IMG/VR virus record: IMGVR_UViG_3300009370_000003 | From: a virus | Direction: 5' to 3' (one strand) | DNA: 64,000 nt | Part shown: positions 55,531 through 64,000 of the stretch, piece by piece | How the letters are laid out: every line of letters starts with the position of its first letter | How positions within the stretch are numbered: the first letter of the stretch is position 1 | Made by a program: the position numbers and the translations under genes | The notes under the pieces: generated by a model | What the model was told of the DNA's origin: nothing | Seen by the model: only the letters and a program-made list of their open reading frames with translations | Databases searched by the model: none

Positions 55531-57427
55531 TTTGTAATTTTCTTAATTTCCTATCAATTAAAGGTGCATATATCTTAACTGGAATTTCCTTTCCTTTAAC
55601 ATTTATTTCGTCAAGATACTGCCATTCACAATCAACTTGTTTCTTTGTGAACTCTGACATTATAATTGGAGTGTCATATTGCCTTGTTTGGACTTCGAGT
55701 CTAGCTGCAAGGTTAACAGCGTCACCGACAACTGAATAATCGAATCGTGCTTCACTTCCCATGTTTCCGACAATGCATGGGCCTGTATTAATTCCCGTGC
55801 CAATGACTACTGGTGGTAAATCTAATCCTTCCCTTTCTATATCTATATTCATTTGTTCTGTTAATAGTTCTATTTCTATTGCAGATTTCAAAGCCATTTG
55901 TGCATGGTCAGGGCAATCAAGAGGAGCTCCCCAAAATGCCATCAAGCAGTCACCCATATATTTGTCGATGGTTCCACCATTTGCTAGGACAATTTTAGAC
56001 ATACCGTCTAGGAATCTATTAATTAGTTCCACTAATCCTTCGGGGTCGTCATTCTTCATGTATGCTTCTGATATTGGAGTGAACCCAACTATGTCTGCGA
56101 AGAGGAATGAAAGTTCTCTTCTATCTCCACCAAGTTTCAATAATTCAGGGTTTTTTTGGAGTTCTTCAACCATGTCAGGAGATAAATATTTTTGAAACTG
56201 CTTCTTAATAAGTTCTTTGAGTTGATAAGTTGTATAGTATTTGTTGAAGGAAGCATGTCCGAAAACTATAATGGAGGCAATCGATGAGTAGAAAGTATCG
56301 AAAAGAACGAGAGATGAAGACCACCAATAGAGAGACCCACCCACCTGAAATCCAACGAAGACTAGAGAAGCTATCCCCGCAACGGCTGTGGGAAGTGTGT
56401 AGACCATTACCAATATTCCTAGAAGGACTGTCAGCAGAAGAGCGAGAGATAAGAATTCAAGATAGTAGGATTGTTGTATTCGAACATCTTGCAAAACGGT
56501 TTGGAGAAGTGAGGCTTGAACTTTATGAGGATACATTACACCCACTGGGGTTGAAACTGGATTATTAAGTCCCTCTGCAGTTAATCCCCAAATCAGTATC
56601 TTACCTTCAAGGTCTGAGTTGGGTAAATCCATTGCAGATATTCTCTCAAAATCGAACCAGTATCCAATTTGAACATCTGCAGTTGAGGTTGTTTCTATGG
56701 GAGGGCTCCTACCCATTCGAATCCACTCGATTCCAGCTTCTTCCGTGACTCGTGTTTGATAATTCTTATGGTCACCAAATGCACGAAGAACCTCTAGTGC
56801 AACCGAAGGATATACAACATCATTTGCAGATACTATTAATGGTGCTGAACGGATTGTCCCGTCAAAGTTTGGTGTTCCTGAAATACTAGGTGTTGTGACT
56901 GTCACTCCTGAACCATACGAATTCTGTTTCAGGATATCAACTGGTGAAGCAATGCCAGAGAAGCTCCAAATATGGTCTTTTATCTCGCCGTCACCGAACA
57001 CCGAAGTCTTAACAAATGGTGCAGACCCAGTATCTAATTGAGTTGTGGGTGCAGCTGATAAAATCGATAGCCGATTAACTAATCCTTCTGCAAAAGCTTC
57101 GTCCCCTGAAAACCTATCAGGGTTTTTAAACAACTGGGTAAATACATGAGTGTTGGTATAATGTGATTCCAACATTATATCTGCATAGATATTTCTCGGC
57201 CATGGGTATTGACCATACTTCTGTAGTGACTTCTCGTCTATGTCTACTAGAACTATGTTATCGGTTTGTTCTATTTCTTTTGATTGGTGTAGGAAGTCAA
57301 ACCAAGACCATGTAACATTCTCAATAAGATATGGATTCCATACCTTAAGTCCGAATAATAACGAGACAGTTATTAATACTGTCTTCCACGAGTACATTAT
57401 GTTATCCAACAAACTGGATATACACAC
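55520..57427 (-). CDS. CHASE2-domain membrane adenylate cyclase (class III; probable start MYSW at 57397)
   Basis: IVLVDIDE.SL..YG.YPWPR (CHASE2), TMs, FADIVGFT, DKYMGD, GINTG and YSVVGDAVNLAARLE. Confidence 0.93.
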   Translation of the reverse strand: MCISSLLDNIMYSWKTVLITVSLLFGLKVWNPYLIENVTWSWFDFLHQSKEIEQTDNIVLVDIDEKSLQKYGQYPWPRNIYADIMLESHYTNTHVFTQLFKNPDRFSGDEAFAEGLVNRLSILSAAPTTQLDTGSAPFVKTSVFGDGEIKDHIWSFSGIASPVDILKQNSYGSGVTVTTPSISGTPNFDGTIRSAPLIVSANDVVYPSVALEVLRAFGDHKNYQTRVTEEAGIEWIRMGRSPPIETTSTADVQIGYWFDFERISAMDLPNSDLEGKILIWGLTAEGLNNPVSTPVGVMYPHKVQASLLQTVLQDVRIQQSYYLEFLSLALLLTVLLGILVMVYTLPTAVAGIASLVFVGFQVGGSLYWWSSSLVLFDTFYSSIASIIVFGHASFNKYYTTYQLKELIKKQFQKYLSPDMVEELQKNPELLKLGGDRRELSFLFADIVGFTPISEAYMKNDDPEGLVELINRFLDGMSKIVLANGGTIDKYMGDCLMAFWGAPLDCPDHAQMALKSAIEIELLTEQMNIDIEREGLDLPPVVIGTGINTGPCIVGNMGSEARFDYSVVGDAVNLAARLEVQTRQYDTPIIMSEFTKKQVDCEWQYLDEINVKGKEIPVKIYAPLIDRKLRKLQKPS

Positions 57428-57630
57428 CAGTAAGGATTAGCTACTCCTAAAAGCCACAATATAAAAATCCATAAGGGAATCTGTATCCAAGTTTTTCCTT
57501 TAGACCATTCCCTGAACCTGATGGCGTGCGGAACCATCTTATTAAACAACCATTGTTTCATTAGGAGACCAGTCGATAAAACGACAGTGCTAATCCAACC
57601 AATAAGGTTCCTAATACTATAAAAACCCAT
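57397..57630 (-). CDS. small Trp-rich membrane protein (start probably MKQW at ~57561)
   Basis: NPYWCVYPVCWI C-terminus; TM segment. Confidence 0.5.
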   Translation of the reverse strand: MGFYSIRNLIGWISTVVLSTGLLMKQWLFNKMVPHAIRFREWSKGKTWIQIPLWIFILWLLGVANPYWCVYPVCWIT

Positions 57631-57671
57631 TTGATATGAAATTTATAATTTATTATTTTATCCCACATAAT

Positions 57672-58547
57672 TTAATCTTGTGTTACTGTAATTGTGCAAC
57701 CGCCGACTGTATAACAAGCTTGAGACAAAGTATATGACTGAGCTGAGCCTGCGTGTTGCGTTAAATCTAAAGTAGTTCCATAAGTACCATTCAAAGTAAT
57801 ATTTGCAGTATGTTGAGCATTACCGTCTTGAAGATAGTCAACAATATTAGAGTCATTATGAACTGTTAAGTTTAATGTCTTTGAACTGTCTCCTTTCTGT
57901 TTTCCAAACACATCATTGTCATCTCCATAGAGATAGATTCTTGCTGAATGTCCGTCACAATTATTGTTTGCACAATTCCTTTGCTGTCCTTTTATTGAAT
58001 TATCACTACCATGGATATCTATGGTGACAGTATGATTACCGCCGTCATTATTATCTATTGACCATGTAGTGTCGTTACGGTTTGAGAATTCATATCCTTG
58101 GGCCCACCAAAGTGTATTGTCATCTCCATATGCTATGTGGAACTGAATGTCGTTTTTACCGCAGGACGAATTTTTCGTGCAGTTTTGGTAGAGTTTAAGT
58201 GATTGTCTTTCTCCGTCAATATCGCCACCCCAACCATAACCTGAGCCCCAGCTGGGGGAATCATTTGCGTATCCAATTTCATTATTGTTTCCTTTTTGTA
58301 AGATTTCTATATCGTAATCGTCTCCGTCTCCAAGTGAGAAAAAGATATTGTTGTTGAATCCTTCTTGGTCGATAGTTAGGTCGAGATTATCTCCACCCGC
58401 TGTGACCTGATTAATATTGATACGGTTATCATCATCAGCAAATGCTTTAATTGCTGAAAATAACACCATGAGTGTAAAACACCCTATGAATAATTTTGCT
58501 GACCAGTCCAATTTTCCCTCAGTTTGTTTCACCCACAAATCCACCAA
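57672..58547 (-). CDS. secreted curlin-like repeat protein
   Basis: AFA signal-peptide cleavage; I.Q.G..N repeats (DQEGFNN, LQKGNNN, LYGDDN, LQDGN). Confidence 0.7.
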   Translation of the reverse strand: MVDLWVKQTEGKLDWSAKLFIGCFTLMVLFSAIKAFADDDNRININQVTAGGDNLDLTIDQEGFNNNIFFSLGDGDDYDIEILQKGNNNEIGYANDSPSWGSGYGWGGDIDGERQSLKLYQNCTKNSSCGKNDIQFHIAYGDDNTLWWAQGYEFSNRNDTTWSIDNNDGGNHTVTIDIHGSDNSIKGQQRNCANNNCDGHSARIYLYGDDNDVFGKQKGDSSKTLNLTVHNDSNIVDYLQDGNAQHTANITLNGTYGTTLDLTQHAGSAQSYTLSQACYTVGGCTITVTQD

Positions 58548-58700
58548 ACAAGTAAAACAAGAATTACACCTTCAGCCCATGCTATCCAAAGTGCTTGGTA
58601 ATCTGTAAGGTTGAATCTATCGATAAACTTCCAACAAAGTCTTTCGTGCCATTCTAAAAAGTCCTTTAAATATTTCATATTTACTCCTAATGTCTTTTAT

Positions 58701-59849
58701 TTAGTTAGTTTGCCTGATTACAATTTCAATATTGGTGTCTCCTTGACCGAAATCAATAATCCCTTCATACCCGTCTAAAGTTAAATCTAAGTATCCTAAA
58801 CCTCCAGCTGCAATGATTATCTCAATCTTTCCATTCACATCTCTATAGAGATATAGGTCTCCGTCTTGGACAAATACATTAAACTGTGAGTCTTTATTGA
58901 ATCCTTGGACTGCACCTTTAATATTGAATTGTCCTAGGGTTGCTCCACCACCAGTTGAGCCTGACCCTTTAATCTTTTTATCTAGTGCTTCTACCACATC
59001 TAATAAATCTGTCAAGAAGTCAACTCCAAGCATATCTATATCAAGCTCAGTGAAATCATCTTCCATGGTATCTTCGAGTTCGTCTGACTCTAAATCATTG
59101 AACTCTAAAAAGTCTACATCTAGTATTCCAGTATCGTCATTTTGGTCGTCAGCGACAGCGTCTTCTATTGCTTGTTTAACTTCCGCAGGTGGAGAAACAA
59201 TAAACATGTTATCAATCATTGAAGGTGTTATGTTTTGAATAATAACATTTTGTGTTGGAGGAGATTCCAAAGTAGAAACCATAGTTGCCTGATATGGAAG
59301 ATTGAGTAAGGTTTCTCCACCCTCATTAAATACTTTTATCTCACCACTAGAACCACCTGTTTCATCAGGTAGCAGAATCACGAGTGTTCTCCCGAGCTCG
59401 TCAATAGTAGTTGTAAAATCTGTGCCGTTGATTGCTATTTGAGCTGTCGGCGTTGAAATATCTATGTTTGCTTTCTTTATTTTTTTCCCTTTCCCTGAAG
59501 CAAACCTTGCTGTTCCTTGAACCATTCTCAAGGACATTTTTGATAATGAGGGATTAGGGTCATAGTATACTTCGTCTATGTATACTACTGTGTGTTCGAT
59601 TAAATCAAGTTCCTCTTCGTCTAAGAACTCAATCTTCATTCTGCCGTTTACTGTTTCGGCTTCGTCATACAAAAAAATGTCACCACCGACATTATTCTGT
59701 TGCACTTCATTGTTTCTAACTATCTGGCCTATACCAGTAGACTCAACAATGTCTCCAATGGGGTCTGCAAATGCGACCCCACTGAATAACAATATATTAA
59801 GAATCGTTAGCTGCGTCTTTCTGATTGATTTGAATAACTGCATTATCAC
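58701..59849 (-). CDS. FecR-domain periplasmic protein with an acidic tail
   Basis: IG.I....G, I.FLD, G..RF.SG and I.TPTA.IAINGTDF. Confidence 0.85.
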   Translation of the reverse strand: MIMQLFKSIRKTQLTILNILLFSGVAFADPIGDIVESTGIGQIVRNNEVQQNNVGGDIFLYDEAETVNGRMKIEFLDEEELDLIEHTVVYIDEVYYDPNPSLSKMSLRMVQGTARFASGKGKKIKKANIDISTPTAQIAINGTDFTTTIDELGRTLVILLPDETGGSSGEIKVFNEGGETLLNLPYQATMVSTLESPPTQNVIIQNITPSMIDNMFIVSPPAEVKQAIEDAVADDQNDDTGILDVDFLEFNDLESDELEDTMEDDFTELDIDMLGVDFLTDLLDVVEALDKKIKGSGSTGGGATLGQFNIKGAVQGFNKDSQFNVFVQDGDLYLYRDVNGKIEIIIAAGGLGYLDLTLDGYEGIIDFGQGDTNIEIVIRQTN

Positions 59850-60576
59850 TTGTTATATCTAATGTAATTAAAGCATTTGGAGTTGCACAACTGTTTCCAG
59901 CTCCACTTACACATGTTCCTGATATCTGATTGATATCCACATCTGCACTATCTCCTGTTAATTCAACCGTCATTTCGTTTGCACCATCTTTCTGTAATGT
60001 ATTAACATTATTTGAGTCACCAGTTATATCCCAGTTCCAAACAACATCATCGGATTCAAAATCCAAATCAAATACATTCGAAGAACCCACTAAGACTAAA
60101 TCTGCATTTAATCTTTCTGCTCCTAAACCATATCCTTGGTCAATGTCAAAGATGTTTGAATCTCCTTGAACAGTGAAAAGATAATCAGTAGCATCTGCTG
60201 ACCCTACATTACCAATGTTCCAGTCTATCTTGTTCGAATCACCTGTGAAGGTTAATGTATATTTCGAACTGTCTGCAACAACGGGCCCGAATAAGACATT
60301 CTGATTACCAGTAAAGTCTAAATCGAACTCCAAAGTTTGTCCTGTAATAAGCATGGCGGTTATGCTTCCGCTGGAACCATCGTTACCACCTATCTTATTA
60401 CCAAAACCTATTTGGTCAATGTATATTTTTAATGTATCACCCGTTTGGGTAATCTTAATTTCATTGTCATCAGTGGCTGCTCCGAAAACGATAGGCGAAG
60501 CCAATAATAATATTGCTCCTAATAAACTAATTAGTTTCTTCATTTTCGTTATACCCCTCGGGGAACTTTTCGTCAT
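59797..60576 (-). CDS. secreted curlin-like beta-solenoid protein (probable start MKKLIS at 60543)
   Basis: signal peptide; periodic QIGFGN, FTGNQN, FTGDSN, VQGDSN, LVGSSN and ITGDSN. Confidence 0.7.
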   Translation of the reverse strand: MTKSSPRGITKMKKLISLLGAILLLASPIVFGAATDDNEIKITQTGDTLKIYIDQIGFGNKIGGNDGSSGSITAMLITGQTLEFDLDFTGNQNVLFGPVVADSSKYTLTFTGDSNKIDWNIGNVGSADATDYLFTVQGDSNIFDIDQGYGLGAERLNADLVLVGSSNVFDLDFESDDVVWNWDITGDSNNVNTLQKDGANEMTVELTGDSADVDINQISGTCVSGAGNSCATPNALITLDITSDNAVIQINQKDAANDS

Positions 60577-61456
60577 ACCCCGTTATGTTCCAAAAACCTC
60601 TTTCGTGTCCTTGGTATACTAATTCCAGCACTCCAGCTTCAATAGCTGTTCGCACTGCGTAAGTCACTGACTCATTATTTCCAATGCCATCCTCTATCTC
60701 TATTAATTGAGTTCCTTGTTCTACGAAACGGAAAACATCGCCTCCCGTTCCATAACTCAATATAGTCTTTCGAGTTTGGACATTTAATAAAACCTCTCCA
60801 GTAAGAACTGATACAGCTCTTATTGAAATGGTCACGACATCTTGACGATATCGTTTACTATAACCAATACCTAGTGTCCGTGCGCCTCGTCCACCTGTTC
60901 TTATATTGGTATCATAACCAATTACTCCACCCTCTATTATCATACCCGCAAAGAGTAGTGGTTGTATTCCTTCGGCTTCGTCTTTACCTTCAGCCTTAGC
61001 AAATTCTGTTCTTGCAGACCTAATAATCTGCCTTTCTCTAACTAAGTGGTCTATACCACTTCGTTCTACTACCCTAAACCAAGTACCATTTCCAGCCGTT
61101 TTAAGAGCGTCTATGACCATTTCTTGTCCACCTTGGGTCACTGCAGTAGAGAAGCTTGCAATGTTGTCTACGGACTTCCTCTGTCCAGTCTTATCTAAGA
61201 ACTGATAAACTGCAACTACTGGCATCTCTTCTGCTGGTGGTAATCTTAATAGTTCAAGAAATGAGGGTAGTCTTACTACTTCGGGGTCTTCCACACAAAT
61301 ATATTTTCGTGCAAACTGTTTCTTTACCCCAGTGTATACATCTTTCTTAAACCCTTCGTCCCAGCGACCACAATTTTGTGGGTCGTCTGTCCACTTAGGA
61401 ATTGAAGCACAGCTACTCAATACTAAAAGTAATGCTAATGAAAGAACCTTAATCAT
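60527..61456 (-). CDS. csgG: curli secretion channel lipoprotein
   Basis: LSSC lipobox, VAVYQFLDKTGQRK, FSTAVTQG, WFRVVER, ERQIIR and EGGVIGYD. Confidence 0.95.
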   Translation of the reverse strand: MIKVLSLALLLVLSSCASIPKWTDDPQNCGRWDEGFKKDVYTGVKKQFARKYICVEDPEVVRLPSFLELLRLPPAEEMPVVAVYQFLDKTGQRKSVDNIASFSTAVTQGGQEMVIDALKTAGNGTWFRVVERSGIDHLVRERQIIRSARTEFAKAEGKDEAEGIQPLLFAGMIIEGGVIGYDTNIRTGGRGARTLGIGYSKRYRQDVVTISIRAVSVLTGEVLLNVQTRKTILSYGTGGDVFRFVEQGTQLIEIEDGIGNNESVTYAVRTAIEAGVLELVYQGHERGFWNITGYDEKFPEGYNENEETN

Positions 61457-61992
61457 TAGGTTCCTCCGTCGCCACCCCCGCCATCGACAGGAATCGCGTC
61501 AGGGTCTTGTGCAAAATTACCAGTTCCTATAGGTATTTCAATAATGGTTGATGTTCCGTCTTCACCTATAATGGTCATTCGTATGAACTCAACCCCTGCT
61601 TCATCTGTTAATACTTCCCAAGTAATAGTGTTTCCTTCTAGAATAAATGAACCAAATGAACTTGAATTATCATTTGAGAACATAGATTCAACTAACTGTT
61701 TTGCAAGTGTAGCATAAATTCTGCTTTCTAAGTTTCTAATAAATTTTGCAAGAACCGTATTGTCTGCTTCTCTTTCTGCAGCTTTCCTAGCTGACTCCAA
61801 AGCATCTTCGATTTGTTTCTTCCGAGAAAATTCCTGATTCTCGATAGTTAAATAATGAGCACCCTGACCCTGTTTACTAAACGATGGATTTCCAAATTTA
61901 TGAACAATCTCATCTGCGTAAACATTCGTTGCATGTAGAAATAAAACCCCTACAATGATAATGCTACTTACGACTTTTTTTATTACTGACAT
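61456..61992 (-). CDS. csgF: curli assembly factor
   Basis: signal peptide, then EIVHKFGNPSF; F..NLESRIY..L. Confidence 0.85.
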   Translation of the reverse strand: MSVIKKVVSSIIIVGVLFLHATNVYADEIVHKFGNPSFSKQGQGAHYLTIENQEFSRKKQIEDALESARKAAEREADNTVLAKFIRNLESRIYATLAKQLVESMFSNDNSSSFGSFILEGNTITWEVLTDEAGVEFIRMTIIGEDGTSTIIEIPIGTGNFAQDPDAIPVDGGGGDGGT

Positions 61993-62242
61993 TCTTTTCC
62001 TCTTGTTCTTGCTGTTCCTTATATTCTAGCACTGTGTTAACCTTCTGCTGTAAACGAATCAAGTCGTTATCTAACATTCTAATTTGGTCAAGAAGTCTTA
62101 TAAGGATTGTATTAGATTTTCCTAGAGCAGGTTTTAGTTCTTGTGTGACAAATTTCCACACAAAAAATATAAAATACCCCATGCCCAGTGCGAGAACCAC
62201 GGGAAAACCGAATTCTGCAATCATCTGAGCTATGGTATTCAT
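61964..62242 (-). CDS. single-TM coiled-coil protein
   Basis: EFGFP...FIFF...IRMLDNDLIR. Confidence 0.75.
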   Translation of the reverse strand: MNTIAQMIAEFGFPVVLALGMGYFIFFVWKFVTQELKPALGKSNTILIRLLDQIRMLDNDLIRLQQKVNTVLEYKEQQEQEEKNVSNKKSRK

Positions 62243-62535
62243 TAGTCCCTACGAGAATCTATCTTCTCATCTTCTATAAAATTCTCTGCACGAGCAATTC
62301 TATCAATGTCTGGCTTTAAATCTAAAGCCGAAGAAACCAATAAGTCAATCTTAATCATATCATTGTTCATCATTCGAACACGATTCTCTAAAGATTCCAT
62401 AATACCAGCCAATCCTTTTACTTGTCCTACCACTGACTCTAAAATATACTTCAAAGTCAGGAATATAAAGAAGGCCATAATCACTGCACTTCCTATAGGA
62501 ATGCCCACTTCACTCAAAAATGTTAATATATCCAT
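62242..62535 (-). CDS. single-TM coiled-coil protein (paralog of the downstream gene)
   Basis: EVGIP...FIFL...VRMMNNDMIK. Confidence 0.75.
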   Translation of the reverse strand: MDILTFLSEVGIPIGSAVIMAFFIFLTLKYILESVVGQVKGLAGIMESLENRVRMMNNDMIKIDLLVSSALDLKPDIDRIARAENFIEDEKIDSRRD

Positions 62536-62589
62536 ACCATTATTTATGAAAATGAGCTCTGCTTTGGAACAAATATTCCAAAATTGAAC

Positions 62590-62618
62590 AAAAAAAAGGA
62601 GACCGAAGCCTCCTTTTT
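62590..62618 (-). terminator. rho-independent terminator upstream of the curli-like operon
   Basis: AAAAAGGAGGC-TTCG-GTCTCC followed by T8. Confidence 0.85.
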
Positions 62619-62636
62619 AGTTCTTGTAAATAAGAT

Positions 62637-62900
62637 TTATTTCAGTTGTGAATGTATTTCACTAATGACAGCAGCTTTATTACCTGACTTTTTAACCTTT
62701 AGAGAGCGTTTCTCTGCGAAATCAAAAAGTTGACCCTTAGTTAGTTTTCCAAGTTCTGCTTTAGAGACAACACCATTGTTGTTCCTGTCAGCAGTCACTA
62801 CTGGTTTGGAAGTTTGGGTCTTCTTAGAACCCTGTTCCTTCCATACTAGAAAAGCAACTACGGCTACGATAATTAAAACTACGATACTTGAAGTTTCCAT
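62637..62900 (-). CDS. membrane-anchored protein with an EF-hand-like loop and a small helical (HeH/Rho_N-like) domain
   Basis: TM; DRNNNGVVSKAE; L.KLTK.QL...A......K...I. Confidence 0.6.
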   Translation of the reverse strand: METSSIVVLIIVAVVAFLVWKEQGSKKTQTSKPVVTADRNNNGVVSKAELGKLTKGQLFDFAEKRSLKVKKSGNKAAVISEIHSQLK

Positions 62901-62938
62901 AATCTATTTCCTCATAATTAATTAATTAATACTCTTAT

Positions 62939-63112
62939 TTAGTCCTTAGCTTTACCAACATTTATTGCTACCCAGTCTATTACTTTATAGCACTTTTTAA
63001 CGATGCCGTCATCTACTGGTGTTGGAGTTAAAGCTGCAACTAATGAAGCACCCATAACTAACCAAGGTATCACTTGAATCCATGCTATAATCCATTGTAG
63101 GAATTCTAACAT
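62939..63112 (-). CDS. small membrane (holin-like) protein (57 aa, not in the track)
   Basis: AS.VAALTPTP.DD...YK.ID..A.NVGKAK; AAGGAG SD. Confidence 0.65.
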   Translation of the reverse strand: MLEFLQWIIAWIQVIPWLVMGASLVAALTPTPVDDGIVKKCYKVIDWVAINVGKAKD

Positions 63113-63154
63113 ATTTTCTCCTTCGAAAGAAATAAAAGTCTTTCGTAGGTATAT

Positions 63155-63580
63155 TTAGGAGTTATTACTACCTATTGAGTATTTAGTAGTTAACTTCCAA
63201 TTAGATTTTTCCTTGAACGGAATGATTTTTATCTGTGAAAGTGGAGCTCTTGGTTCTGCTATTTGTTGTGTATTCACGACAGAAACTAACTTCCATTGTT
63301 CTAATAAAGAAACAATAGTGTTCCTTCGTCCTATATCGGACTCATCAATGTTGGTAGGTTTACCATCTAATTTGAATAGTTCTTTGAAATGGGTAATGTA
63401 ATACTTACCGCGTTTGTGTAATATATGACACGACTGGAAAAGTTCTTGCTCTCTTCTAGAGGCAACACCTATGCGTGAGAGAGTCTCTCTTATCTTGAGA
63501 AAGTCGTCTTTTTCAGGGAATGTGACCTCGACTAGGTCTTTGACTATAGCTTCTTGGCTATCCATTATCCTTACCACCAA
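63155..63580 (-). CDS. regA: translational repressor RegA
   Basis: DDFLKIRETL.RIG, QSCHILHK.G.YYI.HFKELF.LDG and RRN.I..LL..W. Confidence 0.96.
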   Translation of the reverse strand: MVVRIMDSQEAIVKDLVEVTFPEKDDFLKIRETLSRIGVASRREQELFQSCHILHKRGKYYITHFKELFKLDGKPTNIDESDIGRRNTIVSLLEQWKLVSVVNTQQIAEPRAPLSQIKIIPFKEKSNWKLTTKYSIGSNNS

Positions 63581-63950
63581 TATTCATTCTGTTTTTCAAT
63601 TCTCGAATCTGTTTATCAGACAATAGATTAACATACTCTTTAGCCTCTTTTGTTGATATCTGATAATATTGTTTTACAGTATCGATTTTCTTACTAATAT
63701 ATGGTTTAGACCACTGTGAAAATCTTTGTCTTTTCCTAAGAGTATTTAGGAAAAAGACATATTGGAGGCGGGTATCGACTCCGTGTCTCACATTCATTTC
63801 GTTAGTAAGGAAAACAGAATCTTGGTGATAAGATAATGCTTTGTTGATTAAAAATGGTTGATATGCTTTTTCTTCGACCTCATCAACCATGAGGTCTTTT
63901 TTTGTATACGAAACTGACTTAACAAAGTCAAATGGATTTCGTTTGGTCAT
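63558..63950 (-). CDS. clamp-loader small subunit (T4 gp62)
   Basis: Y.PFLINKALS...D....NEMN, LRKRQRFSQW; upstream of regA. Confidence 0.92.
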   Translation of the reverse strand: MTKRNPFDFVKSVSYTKKDLMVDEVEEKAYQPFLINKALSYHQDSVFLTNEMNVRHGVDTRLQYVFFLNTLRKRQRFSQWSKPYISKKIDTVKQYYQISTKEAKEYVNLLSDKQIRELKNRMNIGGKDNG

Positions 63951-64000
63951 TACTGGGTATTGGGTGAACCATGGCGAATCCACTCGCTTAAGAGTTCGTC

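Noticed and set aside
597-63401. Dozens of short plus-strand ORFs in the track
   Set aside because: They are antisense shadows of well-supported minus-strand genes and show no motifs; only 12160-12753 was kept.
1-64000. CRISPR array, integrase or transposase
   Set aside because: No regularly spaced direct repeats or recombinase motifs were seen by eye.
1-64000. Stop-codon reassignment or selenoproteins
   Set aside because: Core genes are full length in the standard code and end in TAA, TAG or TGA; AhpC, glutaredoxin and IscU use ordinary Cys codons.
63950-64000. 3' end of the gene upstream of gp62 read as gp44
   Set aside because: The 16 visible codons (DELLSEWIRHGSPNTQ) do not resemble a gp44 C-terminus and are too few to call.

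Overview
This 64-kb window is an AT-rich segment of a T4-like myovirus genome, probably a marine phage of a Gram-negative proteobacterium. The host is inferred from spanins, a curli-type secretin and gammaproteobacterial-looking IscU/IscA/NrdAB/AhpC. Nearly all real genes lie on the minus strand. Core T4-type genes are RNase H, DNA ligase, nrdA/nrdB/glutaredoxin, gp61 primase, gp41 helicase, UvsX, gp43 polymerase, regA and gp62. A block of K/E-rich putative internal head proteins occupies 31-42 kb. Accessory cargo includes about ten 2OG-Fe(II) oxygenase-like genes, a split carbamoyltransferase, a sulfotransferase, a GNAT, IscA, IscU, AhpC, Hsp20, a RimK-protease fusion and tRNA-Ala(UGC). Five observations stand out. 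(1) A contiguous curli-like module (csgF, csgG, two secreted curlin-repeat proteins) is linked to a FecR protein and a CHASE2 adenylate cyclase. (2) A C5 DNA methyltransferase is coupled to a TET/JBP-like dioxygenase. (3) An unannotated candidate programmed -1 frameshift (C CCA AAA plus a hairpin) would extend a late lipoprotein by 68 aa. (4) There are several promoter-driven or intergenic structured RNA candidates and a repeated 14-bp phage-specific promoter element. (5) Two enzymes carry T4-style capsid-targeting N-termini. All calls come from reading motifs by eye; no searches were run.
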